Shown: one piece after another, positions 19,414-27,488 of the stretch
Layout of the letters: each line of letters starts with the position of its first letter
Position numbering within the stretch: position 1 is the first letter of the stretch
Assembly: GCA_963544395.1 (NCBI GenBank)
Contig: CAUUFA010000001.1
Span: 66-64,065, forward strand
DNA: 64,000 nt
Reading direction: 5' to 3'
DNA from: an uncultured Bacilli bacterium
GTDB taxonomy: Bacteria; Bacillota_I; Bacilli_A; RFN20; CAG-288
Notes under the pieces: model-generated
The model's database searches: none
Told to the model about the DNA's origin: nothing
Seen by the model: the letters and a program-made list of their open reading frames with translations, nothing else
Position numbers and translations under genes: made by a program

Positions 19414-20127
19414 ATGACATTTGAACAGGGTTTCTTCCTCCGAAAGATACCGGACTTCCAAAAGCTGACCGTCTATGGATTTAAGAAGCAGACAGATAGT
19501 TATCATTTCACGAAGCTGCTGGAAAACAGCTGTTTTGAAGTGAGACTCAATATCAAAGAGAACGGTGAGATTAATGGTGGACTGTTCGATACGCTGACGG
19601 ACGATCCTTACCTTGTCATCTATTCCGATCGTGCCGTCGGTGATTTCGTGGCAAGAATCAGAGAGCAATATATTTCCCTGCTCAGCGATATTTCCTCTTC
19701 CTGCTTTCTCTCCGTTCCGTTTGTCTCTCCTCAAGCTAACCGGATTGCAAAGCTCATCAAGGCAAAACTGAATATTGAGCCAGATCATCCATTCAGAAAC
19801 AAGGCTATCTCTTCCTATGGAGTGTTCCGTCATCCGGAAAGCCGCTCTTGGTTCGCTTTGGTGATGTACCTCAAAGACAATGTCCCCTATCCAGGATTCA
19901 AAGCCGGGGAAGTCATCAACCTCAGAACGAGTACAGAACCGTCTGAAGCACAAACTCTTTCCTTCGTTCATCCTGCCTATCATATGAACAAGAAGACTTG
20001 GATCACCATCCCTCTCAATGAAGAGGCTGATGATGATCTGCTTATAAAACTCATCAAAGGAAGTTACCAGAGATCCGCAAGCAAAACCAAAAGACAGAAT
20101 AGAAAACTGCTTCAGAAAGCCTTATAA
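19414..20127 (+). CDS. MmcQ/YjbR family DNA-binding protein
   Basis: The C-terminal AYHMNKKTWITIPLNEEADDDLLIKLIKGSY is characteristic of the YjbR/MmcQ family. Confidence 0.7.
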   Translation: MTFEQGFFLRKIPDFQKLTVYGFKKQTDSYHFTKLLENSCFEVRLNIKENGEINGGLFDTLTDDPYLVIYSDRAVGDFVARIREQYISLLSDISSSCFLSVPFVSPQANRIAKLIKAKLNIEPDHPFRNKAISSYGVFRHPESRSWFALVMYLKDNVPYPGFKAGEVINLRTSTEPSEAQTLSFVHPAYHMNKKTWITIPLNEEADDDLLIKLIKGSYQRSASKTKRQNRKLLQKAL

Positions 20128-20139
20128 TACCTTTGCTGT

Positions 20140-20216
20140 GGTTCTGTAGCTCAGCTGGATAGAGTACCTGACTTCGAATCAGAGGGTCAAGAGTTCGAAT
20201 CTCTTCAGGACCACCA
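20140..20216 (+). tRNA. tRNA-Arg (anticodon UCG)
   Basis: 77-nt cloverleaf. Acceptor GGTTCTG/CAGGACC, D arm GCTC-AGCTGGATA-GAGT, anticodon arm CCTGA-CTTCGAA-TCAGA (one C-A mismatch), T arm AAGAG-TTCGAAT-CTCTT, encoded ACCA. Confidence 0.85.
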
Positions 20217-20319
20217 GTGGTTTTGTATCCGAACACTATATGTTTCTAAATATGGGTTCGGGTTAGAGTTCCGGATCACGGACTGGTCGAAAGTCCACAA
20301 GTTCCGGTGATAGATGAGA

Positions 20320-20342
20320 GTCACCAAGTCGGTGACTTTTTT
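20320..20342 (+). terminator. Intrinsic terminator downstream of tRNA-Arg
   Basis: Stem GTCACC/GGTGAC, loop AAGTC, T6. Confidence 0.6.
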
Positions 20343-21006
20343 CGTATACAGGCAATGTTTTTGCCGTCGGGATCTGTTTTTCAAAATTGCCACCTGGTAG
20401 GCTGTTAAGTGTATTTCAGCGATAGTCATCAGGAGGGTTTTTGATATTGTAAAATTCATTCTCGACCCATGAAGGGTAAGCCTATTGCTACAACTCGATG
20501 ACTAATTTCATCAAGAAAGAGGGCAACTCCATCATCGGCCAGTTCGCAAGGCACTCCTTCGAGATAAACTGGGGCCGAAGGGGCACCTTGCAGAGATAGA
20601 TTTACAAATCGCGGGCCAAACCGAGGTCACACAAGTCCGGGAGGATGTCGCCTTCGAGCTCGACGCCATCAGGATGGGAAGAGGATCGATGTCGTATTGC
20701 TCATAAGGCGCATGGTCTTCTCTCCCGAGTTCAAGAACGGGAAGGAGGGTTTTGTGATGGACGACGCAAAGCGGTCAAAATCCCAGCAATGGAAAGAAAC
20801 GCACTCAATTCAAAACGAATCAGGGTTGATGTAATCGAATGAACTAGAAAACCTTTTTATTCTTCTATCTGTATTCACTTTCTTATCGGAAGAGATTTTT
20901 ATTGATTTTCGTTGCAGCTAAGTGCTACTAATATTTATTAGCCTTTTAAATCTTCGACCAAAAAAGCCGTTTTTAAAAAGATACGTGCGAAAGGAGGAGA
21001 AGCACT

Positions 21007-21207
21007 ATGAAAAAGGCACTGATAAAAACACTGATTATTTTTATATCATCACTAATTTGCGGTTATGTTCTTTGGCTTGTTTTCAGTGATTTAGATGCTG
21101 GCCGCCTCTTTAATTATAATTATTCTCTCGTAATTTTCATTGAGATAGCTATGTATGGAAGTCTTATTATTTATGAAGTATCGAAAAAAGGAGGAGATGA
21201 AAAATGA
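21007..21207 (+). CDS. Small two-TM membrane protein
   Basis: 66 aa with an AAAGGAGGAG RBS and two hydrophobic helices. ATGA-coupled to the next gene. AT-rich. Confidence 0.55.
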   Translation: MKKALIKTLIIFISSLICGYVLWLVFSDLDAGRLFNYNYSLVIFIEIAMYGSLIIYEVSKKGGDEK

Positions 21208-22634
21208 TAAGCCTTATGTTGGCAGCATTGATGAGCATCAGCTCGACTGCTATTCAATCGACTGCCGTAGATGAGCAAAATGCCGTCAAAAACGAAATAA
21301 GAACAAGCCAAATAGACTCGGCGACAACTTTTGTGCAGTGGCATAACAACTCCTATCCCCTAACCAAGGATGAAGACTCAATGCAGATTTTCGCAGATTA
21401 TGATGTTGACGAAGAAGAGGCTGGCCGATCATTAGATGTCTATATTCAGGAAGAAACAATTTCTTATGAAGAGTTGATTCCTGCCTCCGATGCGATAGAA
21501 AGCGGAATAAGTTTGGATAACGTAGGTGATACAAAAACCGAAGAGTACCTGCATAACAAAGGCTATATCAAATTTACGACAACCGCTTATGCTTTGGGTT
21601 TCTATGATGGTCATATCGTCTATCATATTGACGTTAAGACCGAGCAGCAAAAGAAGTTTGTCATCAACCACAAGGATAATCTAATAATAAGGCATGGCGA
21701 TAATGCCGCTACTTATACTGATGACGAGTATCCTGCAAGTGGAACCAGATATACTCCATGCACGATTTACATGGCATATAGTTCAAATCCAATCACTGCC
21801 GATGAACACGAGAGTTTAAGCCCTGATTATTCATGTTCGGAAGCAGGCGTATATTACACTTTCACTGCTGGCGGATCTACAACCGTAGGAGATACCGCAA
21901 CAGTGATTTACGGTAACACTGTTGTCGAGGTTGATTATTATATGGTCGCGACTGACACAACTGAGGTTCAGCCAGTCTATGTCCACAATTACCATTGGCT
22001 CGTTGACTCCGTATCTATTTCTTTCAAGGGAGTTGGTGTCAGCATAAGCACAGGTCCTAATACTGATGTCATGGAAGGCAAAACCATGACCTTAAAAGGA
22101 TATAACAACCGGGTCAAAAGAAGCACTTATTCGGTTAATCCTGAAGATTGGGGATTTGAGCAACGCTATTATTTCCTTAACGAAGGCATAAAAACCTCCA
22201 CCCTAAATGTCGATGATTTTACCATCGATACGAAAAGATTAAGATGTGGCTACATTGAAGAGCAATATGTTAATTTGTCACCTAATCGTTACGATGCTGG
22301 AGATGCATATTTAGAATTGCACTTCAATAAGCCAATTTACGAATTCAGCACAAATCTTTCTTTTTGGAGTTCATCTGAATGGCTTTATTCTTCAAGTGGA
22401 GACTATGCATATTTGCAATATTTAAGTGCCGGCAACACTTGGAAAACATACGTTGATTTACTTTCTGTAGGCCTCCCTACTGATCGAACACAACAGAAAC
22501 ATTTTGAATGTGACTTTATTGAAGGAACCTATGGGATTAAATTCATTGCACACAAAGAAACACCAAACACAAATCGAAACAAAGGCAGGATATGTATTGG
22601 AAACGCTAGGTTTTCTTCTTTGACAATTGATTAA
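21204..22634 (+). CDS. Secreted protein of unknown function
   Basis: 476 aa with an AAAGGAGGAG RBS and an N-terminal signal-like segment (MISLMLAALMSISSTAIQSTAVDE). AT-rich. No motif recognised. Confidence 0.65.
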   Translation: MISLMLAALMSISSTAIQSTAVDEQNAVKNEIRTSQIDSATTFVQWHNNSYPLTKDEDSMQIFADYDVDEEEAGRSLDVYIQEETISYEELIPASDAIESGISLDNVGDTKTEEYLHNKGYIKFTTTAYALGFYDGHIVYHIDVKTEQQKKFVINHKDNLIIRHGDNAATYTDDEYPASGTRYTPCTIYMAYSSNPITADEHESLSPDYSCSEAGVYYTFTAGGSTTVGDTATVIYGNTVVEVDYYMVATDTTEVQPVYVHNYHWLVDSVSISFKGVGVSISTGPNTDVMEGKTMTLKGYNNRVKRSTYSVNPEDWGFEQRYYFLNEGIKTSTLNVDDFTIDTKRLRCGYIEEQYVNLSPNRYDAGDAYLELHFNKPIYEFSTNLSFWSSSEWLYSSSGDYAYLQYLSAGNTWKTYVDLLSVGLPTDRTQQKHFECDFIEGTYGIKFIAHKETPNTNRNKGRICIGNARFSSLTID

Positions 22635-22651
22635 AAACTTTCTAGAGTTTA

Positions 22652-23251
22652 ATGAGAAACGAGAATCCGAGCGTAATTAGGGATTACATTCCGCCCAAGA
22701 ACCACCATGGCTTCGTCTACGTCCAGGCCGGCAAGGAAGACGGGATCCCTTTATGGGAGCCCCGAAAGCCCACTCCAGACGAAAGAATTTCGATTGTCTC
22801 GAACTACATCAGGATGCATGGAAGCGAAGGCCCGATAAAGATATCCTTCTTCTCCGAAAAATTAGGAGTGAGCGACAGAACGATACAAGGGATAATCAGA
22901 TTGCTCGAAGGAGAGGGTGCAATAACCATAACCCCGATCTTCAACGAGAACGGAAAGTAACAGGGCAATCTATATTCCTGGACAGGCAAAGTCGACCCGG
23001 TGATTGGAAGCCCCACTATGGAGATGCTCTACAAGAGGTACGACTCCTACGGCTTCCGCTCATTCACCTGGGACGACTACAAGATGGAGACCGACCCGAA
23101 CGGCAAGGTATCCTGCCACGACTACCTACAATACCTAGACCTCATGGATGAGAAAAAGAGGCTCAAGAGAAAGAGGGAGAGAACATATAAGACCAATCTC
23201 ATAAAACTTAGAAAGCTCAAGGTCAGAGACAACTCCGAGAAGCCCATCTAG
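22652..23251 (+). pseudogene. HTH/winged-helix protein gene interrupted by one in-frame TAA
   Basis: ORFs 22652-22960 and 23000-23251 are in the same frame. Only the TAA at 22958-22960 separates them (...NENGK*QGNLYSWTGKVDPVIGSPTMEM...). An HTH-like segment is present: LGVSDRTIQGIIRLLEGEGAI. Confidence 0.55.
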
Positions 23252-23446
23252 AATTTTCAAAACCGGTTTCTGTCAAGCGAAATTTCAAAAAGTTTCATCG
23301 CCCGTTTCTTCGGCAGAATCGGTCTTTTTTTGATGGTCAAAAAAGTTTTTAGAAGAAAACGGTTAAGTTCATGGGTGAAATTCGGTATTTATAGTGAAGG
23401 GAGAGAATGCGTCCCTTCACGGTTTTCAAAGACAAGGAGGAAATGG

Positions 23447-23983
23447 ATGGGAGAGATTCTCAATCAGGGAAGAGGCGATTCAATCAAGCCGGTCATCATG
23501 GGGCTGTGTTCGGATACAAAGCCGAAAAGTTCCCTACCGGTGCATGAAGTCAAAAAAGCGGATTTCGGGCCCGAAAACGGCGAAAAGCAGAAACAGGATA
23601 AGGAAGTGGCACATTCTGCGTCACTTCCGCTTCCGAGGTGTTCGGACAGTGGGAAACCCACATGGCGCGATTCACGGAGGAAGGCCTACAGCCACGACGA
23701 AAGGAAGGACCTCAGAACCCTGGCCTACAGCTTCGGCGGGGACCTTCTGGAGAGGATGTCGTCCGATCAGGAGATGATGGAAAGAATCCACGCAAAGGAA
23801 GAAGCCAGGAAGATTCTGCTGAAGGCCATGGGATTCGTCCCCGGGAGGCCAATCCCCCACGCGAACGTGAAGACCGTGTTCGATGGAGAAAGCAACGTTG
23901 ACGATGAGGACAAAGAGTTTATCGAAGGAGGCTTCGTCTATATGAAAGAGAAGCCGAAGGAGGCCAAAGCTTATGATGCATGA
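23447..23983 (+). CDS. Hypothetical protein (charged, Lys/Glu-rich)
   Basis: The start was set at MGEILNQ, with AAGGAGG 6 nt upstream. The gene overlaps the recombinase start, and its position immediately upstream suggests an accessory factor. Confidence 0.45.
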   Translation: MGEILNQGRGDSIKPVIMGLCSDTKPKSSLPVHEVKKADFGPENGEKQKQDKEVAHSASLPLPRCSDSGKPTWRDSRRKAYSHDERKDLRTLAYSFGGDLLERMSSDQEMMERIHAKEEARKILLKAMGFVPGRPIPHANVKTVFDGESNVDDEDKEFIEGGFVYMKEKPKEAKAYDA

Positions 23984-25508
23984 CGTGAAGGTCAACCAGG
24001 ACCCGAGCCTGGCGAACAAGGCGGTTCTATATCTCCGCTATTCGTCGGAGGGGCAGACCGAGAATTCCATCGAGGGGCAAAGGAGAGACTGCGAGGAGTT
24101 CTGCAAGAGGAACAGTCTGGAGATCCTTGGCGAGTACGTCGACCGCGCCATCTCCGGGACCACCGACAGGAGGCCCGATTTCCAGCGGATGATGAGGGAT
24201 TCCGGGAGGAAGGTCTTCGGAAACGTCATCGTCTGGAAGACCGACAAATTCTCGCGCGACACCTTGGACACGATCTCCTATAGAAGGCAACTCGCCGAGA
24301 ACGGCGTGAAGCTATTGTCCGCCACCGAACCCAACATGGAAGGATCGTCAGCGGTCCTCTACAACTCCATCAACTACGGCTACAACCAGTACTATTCGCT
24401 CGAATTGTCGGAGAAGGTGAAACGTGGCAACCGAGAGAACGTCATCAACGGCAAACACCTTGGAGGAGTCCTGCAATTCGGATTCAAGAAAACCGAGGAC
24501 GGCCGTCTTGTGATTGATGAGAAGGAAGGGCCGATTGCTCAAGAGATTTTCAGGCTTTATGGCGAATCCGACATGTCCATCCTCGCCATCTGCAAGAAGC
24601 TTAAGTCCGAGGGAAAACGAAGAAACGACGGACGCGAGATAACCCATTCCTGTGTGGAGAAGATGCTCCAAAGCGAGAAATACATCGGCGTGATCAAATG
24701 CGAGGGTGAGAGAAACGAGCACGCCATCTCGGCCATCGTCTCCAAGGAGCTTTTCGACATCTGCCAGAAGAAAAGGACAAAGAGGAAGCATAAGAACTTC
24801 CTTATGAGGGCCGGGACTCCATACGTTCTCTCCGGGAAGCTCTTCTGCGAGAAGTGCGGGTCGCCTTATCTAGGAGAATCGGGAACCTCTAAGAGCAAAA
24901 AGATCTATTGCTACTACAAATGCAGCGGTGCCAAGCACCACGTCTGCGATGCAAAGCCCATAGCAAAGGAGGCGCTGGAGGAGACCATCGCCGCCCTGGT
25001 CATGGCTTTCCTCGACGACGACGAGACCGCCGATATGCTTGCCGACTACATCTACGGCCAGCAGAAGCAGGAGGATCCGTCCGTCGTCTCAATGAGGAAG
25101 AGGAAAGCGGAGGTCGACAAGCAGATTGCTAACTTTGCTAAGGCCATCGGGATGGGAATCATCACCGAGACCACCAAGTCATCTTTGCTCGCCCTGGAAG
25201 CCGAGAGGAACGAGCTGAAATCCTCTTTGGCAAAGGCCTCACTGAAGTCCAAGAGATACTCCAGAGACGAGATTAGACTTGCTATAAGCGATTTGGCCAC
25301 ATACGGAGGGGAAACCGAAAAGCAGCGGGAAGCCCTCATTAATGCATTCGTCAAGAAGGTCACGATTGAGACTGGAGGGTACATAAAGGTAGAACTGTGC
25401 CTGTTCGGCCATGACATCAAGTCAAAATCGGGCGATTCGGGGGAGATTAGTGTTCGGATAAAGTCCGCACTCCCCCACCATTATCGATTTTATGGCTCAA
25501 TGCATTAG
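23973..25508 (+). CDS. Large serine recombinase (resolvase catalytic domain + recombinase domain + zinc ribbon + coiled coil)
   Basis: Contains AVLYLRYSSEGQTENSIEGQ (catalytic Ser motif), VIVWKTDKFSRD and the Cys4 ribbon CEKCGSPY...CYYKCSGAKHHVC. 511 aa. Confidence 0.9.
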   Translation: MMHDVKVNQDPSLANKAVLYLRYSSEGQTENSIEGQRRDCEEFCKRNSLEILGEYVDRAISGTTDRRPDFQRMMRDSGRKVFGNVIVWKTDKFSRDTLDTISYRRQLAENGVKLLSATEPNMEGSSAVLYNSINYGYNQYYSLELSEKVKRGNRENVINGKHLGGVLQFGFKKTEDGRLVIDEKEGPIAQEIFRLYGESDMSILAICKKLKSEGKRRNDGREITHSCVEKMLQSEKYIGVIKCEGERNEHAISAIVSKELFDICQKKRTKRKHKNFLMRAGTPYVLSGKLFCEKCGSPYLGESGTSKSKKIYCYYKCSGAKHHVCDAKPIAKEALEETIAALVMAFLDDDETADMLADYIYGQQKQEDPSVVSMRKRKAEVDKQIANFAKAIGMGIITETTKSSLLALEAERNELKSSLAKASLKSKRYSRDEIRLAISDLATYGGETEKQREALINAFVKKVTIETGGYIKVELCLFGHDIKSKSGDSGEISVRIKSALPHHYRFYGSMH

Positions 25509-25929
25509 GTGTTGAGCTTTTTTGTCGGACTTTTTTGGTTGTATTCTGCCGTTTTTGGTTGCTCTTTAATTCTTATTTCAACATCGAGTTGCCCGAAACA
25601 ACAATTATGATAAGCAAAAAACAATCGAATTTCTTAAAAATATAACTGTTTCAAAGAAATTTAAGCACCTAAATGGCAAGGAAACGAAAACAAGAAAAAA
25701 AGATTAGCGCAAATCCCCTATGAATTCAAACAAGGCAATTGGCTTCGCAATAAATTATGGAGAAGATAAACATAATGAAAAAAGACGGGAATATGATCAC
25801 TTTGCCAATTTATACCATAATGTTTTTAAAAAGAGCCGCTGTTTGATCCGGTGCAATCCGTTTGTGCAATCGAACCAGGTTGCTCTAAAAGACTATCAGC
25901 AAACACAATGCTTTTGTGCGTTCAGGCAA

Positions 25930-26736
25930 TCACTTCAACACACCGTTCAGAATCTTGGCTTGATCCAACGGGAATAAGACCGACGTCCTCTCTAAATCGT
26001 GATAGGCGGTCTCCTTCTTTTTGCTGTCGATCAGAAAACCGACTGCGGTTTCAACATATATGGCGATGATATTATCTTTGCAGGACAGCATGATCTCCGT
26101 ATCAGGATACTTTGCTCTCAAGGAAGCAAATAATTTGGATTCCATAAGATCCGGCGAGCGCAAGAAAAAACGAGTGCCTTTATCTTCTTTTTCTGCATTT
26201 GGAAACCATTTAGAGGAGATTACGTTTTCCGCCATCTGTTTGTCTGATACAAAAAAGCAGGTAATCCGACCACAATAGCTTGTCTCCACCCGAGTGGAGA
26301 CAGCAGGGGCTTTTGATTGATACTGGAACGAATTCAAGGAGAAGCAGATGATCTCAAACGAATCAAACTCCATCCCTTCTGCTTTTCCTTTGATCTGATT
26401 GAAAAACTCACTTCGGTTGGATCGATTCACAGGAAAGCAGGACGAAAAATTCTTATATCCATCCCCTTTCGGCTCATAGACAACCTCATCTCCGTAATGT
26501 TCTTTGATGTACTCGTTATAGTACATAAAATCCAGATTCTTCTCCTCTTTCCGGATAAGGAAAAACAAAAGAGGAAGATAAACAACAAGAAGAACTGAGG
26601 CCGGAAGATAGGAGAATTTCGGATAAAAGAAATACAAACCGAGGAATCCAGCAATAGAAAGAAGCAACAGAATCAAAGTCAGAATGACAATCTGTCTCCG
26701 ATAATGCGTTTTTATTCGCACCCTGGTTTTTTCCAT
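25930..26736 (-). CDS. Hypothetical membrane protein (2 N-terminal TM + soluble domain)
   Basis: 268 aa from MEKTRV, starting 2 nt after the stop of the upstream gene. The topology resembles DUF3137-type proteins, but I cannot confirm that. Confidence 0.5.
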   Translation of the reverse strand: MEKTRVRIKTHYRRQIVILTLILLLLSIAGFLGLYFFYPKFSYLPASVLLVVYLPLLFFLIRKEEKNLDFMYYNEYIKEHYGDEVVYEPKGDGYKNFSSCFPVNRSNRSEFFNQIKGKAEGMEFDSFEIICFSLNSFQYQSKAPAVSTRVETSYCGRITCFFVSDKQMAENVISSKWFPNAEKEDKGTRFFLRSPDLMESKLFASLRAKYPDTEIMLSCKDNIIAIYVETAVGFLIDSKKKETAYHDLERTSVLFPLDQAKILNGVLK

Positions 26737-26738
26737 AT

Positions 26739-27404
26739 TTATCTTACACAATCCCCTGAATTAAACCAGTATAAACCAGGACCCCACATTTCTTTCGTAT
26801 ATGTTACCCCCTGCCCTTTGTCAAATGCCTTCATAACAGTCCAATTTACATAAATGAATAGACCGACAGCTGTAAGTCCGAGTCCTATTTCGCCCAAAGC
26901 GACAGAAAGAGCAGCCATTCCAGGGACAGATTTTATTGCTTCTGACAATTGTCCGATAAAATCTGGAGCATCATGTGAAATATCCATATAATTTGAAATT
27001 TGCATCATCATAATTTCATCTACATATATCTGATGACCCCGCCAAAATCTCTTAATGTAAGAACCCGTATTCCCAATTGGCTTCTTCTGCGATCTTCTCT
27101 TGTTGCTTAAACCGATATTTTGAGGTTTATCAAAAATCACCTCGGATTCGTTCTCGCCCAAAACGGACTCAACTCTGACCACTTGATCGTTTTCATTAAG
27201 TAATATGTCTTCTAAATTTGAATCCTTAGAATAAACATGCACCGCCCCAGATTCAAATGTTACCTTAAGCAGTTCCACAGAAATGCTTTCACAAACAGCA
27301 ATTTGATTCTGACGCTTTACACTAGCTACATTTTGAACAGGTTGAGTTATAGTAGGAAAAATCATCTTCACAAATGCCGGCAGGCAGAACATTAACGTTT
27401 CCAT
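26739..27404 (-). CDS. Hypothetical protein with C-terminal hydrophobic/Gly-rich helix
   Basis: 221 aa with a GGAG RBS. The C-terminal segment is GMAALSVALGEIGLGLTAVGLFIYVNW. No recognisable family. Confidence 0.5.
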   Translation of the reverse strand: METLMFCLPAFVKMIFPTITQPVQNVASVKRQNQIAVCESISVELLKVTFESGAVHVYSKDSNLEDILLNENDQVVRVESVLGENESEVIFDKPQNIGLSNKRRSQKKPIGNTGSYIKRFWRGHQIYVDEIMMMQISNYMDISHDAPDFIGQLSEAIKSVPGMAALSVALGEIGLGLTAVGLFIYVNWTVMKAFDKGQGVTYTKEMWGPGLYWFNSGDCVR

Positions 27405-27488
27405 CTATGTAACTCCTTTTCATTTTAGTTTATCCGGAAATCAGTAGAATAAAAAGATTCAGTGATGTATTTTTGTATACGATTATGG

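Noticed and set aside
19240-19983. 247-aa minus-strand ORF
   Set aside because: It is entirely antisense to the plus-strand gene 19414-20127, which has a recognisable MmcQ/YjbR C-terminus. It has no RBS and no recognisable motif, so it is probably a shadow ORF.
20140-20216. Direct repeat of the tRNA-Arg 3' end marking the far island boundary (classical att duplication)
   Set aside because: By visual scanning I found no copy of the last ~15 nt of the tRNA in the intergenic regions near 25.5, 27.4, 29.4, 42.4 or 48.2 kb. This needs a computational search, so it is not claimed.
20240-20320. Nested hairpins (CCGGA..GGACT-GGTCGAA-AGTCC..TCCGG) after tRNA-Arg that resemble a tRNA T-arm
   Set aside because: No acceptor stem, D arm or anticodon arm can be built around them. 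They are probably part of the tRNA 3' trailer or a decayed fragment, not a second tRNA.
23394-23901. Overlapping plus-strand ORFs (127 aa, 87 aa) and minus-strand ORFs (65 aa, 115 aa) around 23.4-24.0 kb
   Set aside because: They are Arg/Gly/Pro-rich off-frame products of a GC-rich stretch. The frame with an AGGAGG-led ATG at 23447 was kept instead, and even that has only moderate confidence.
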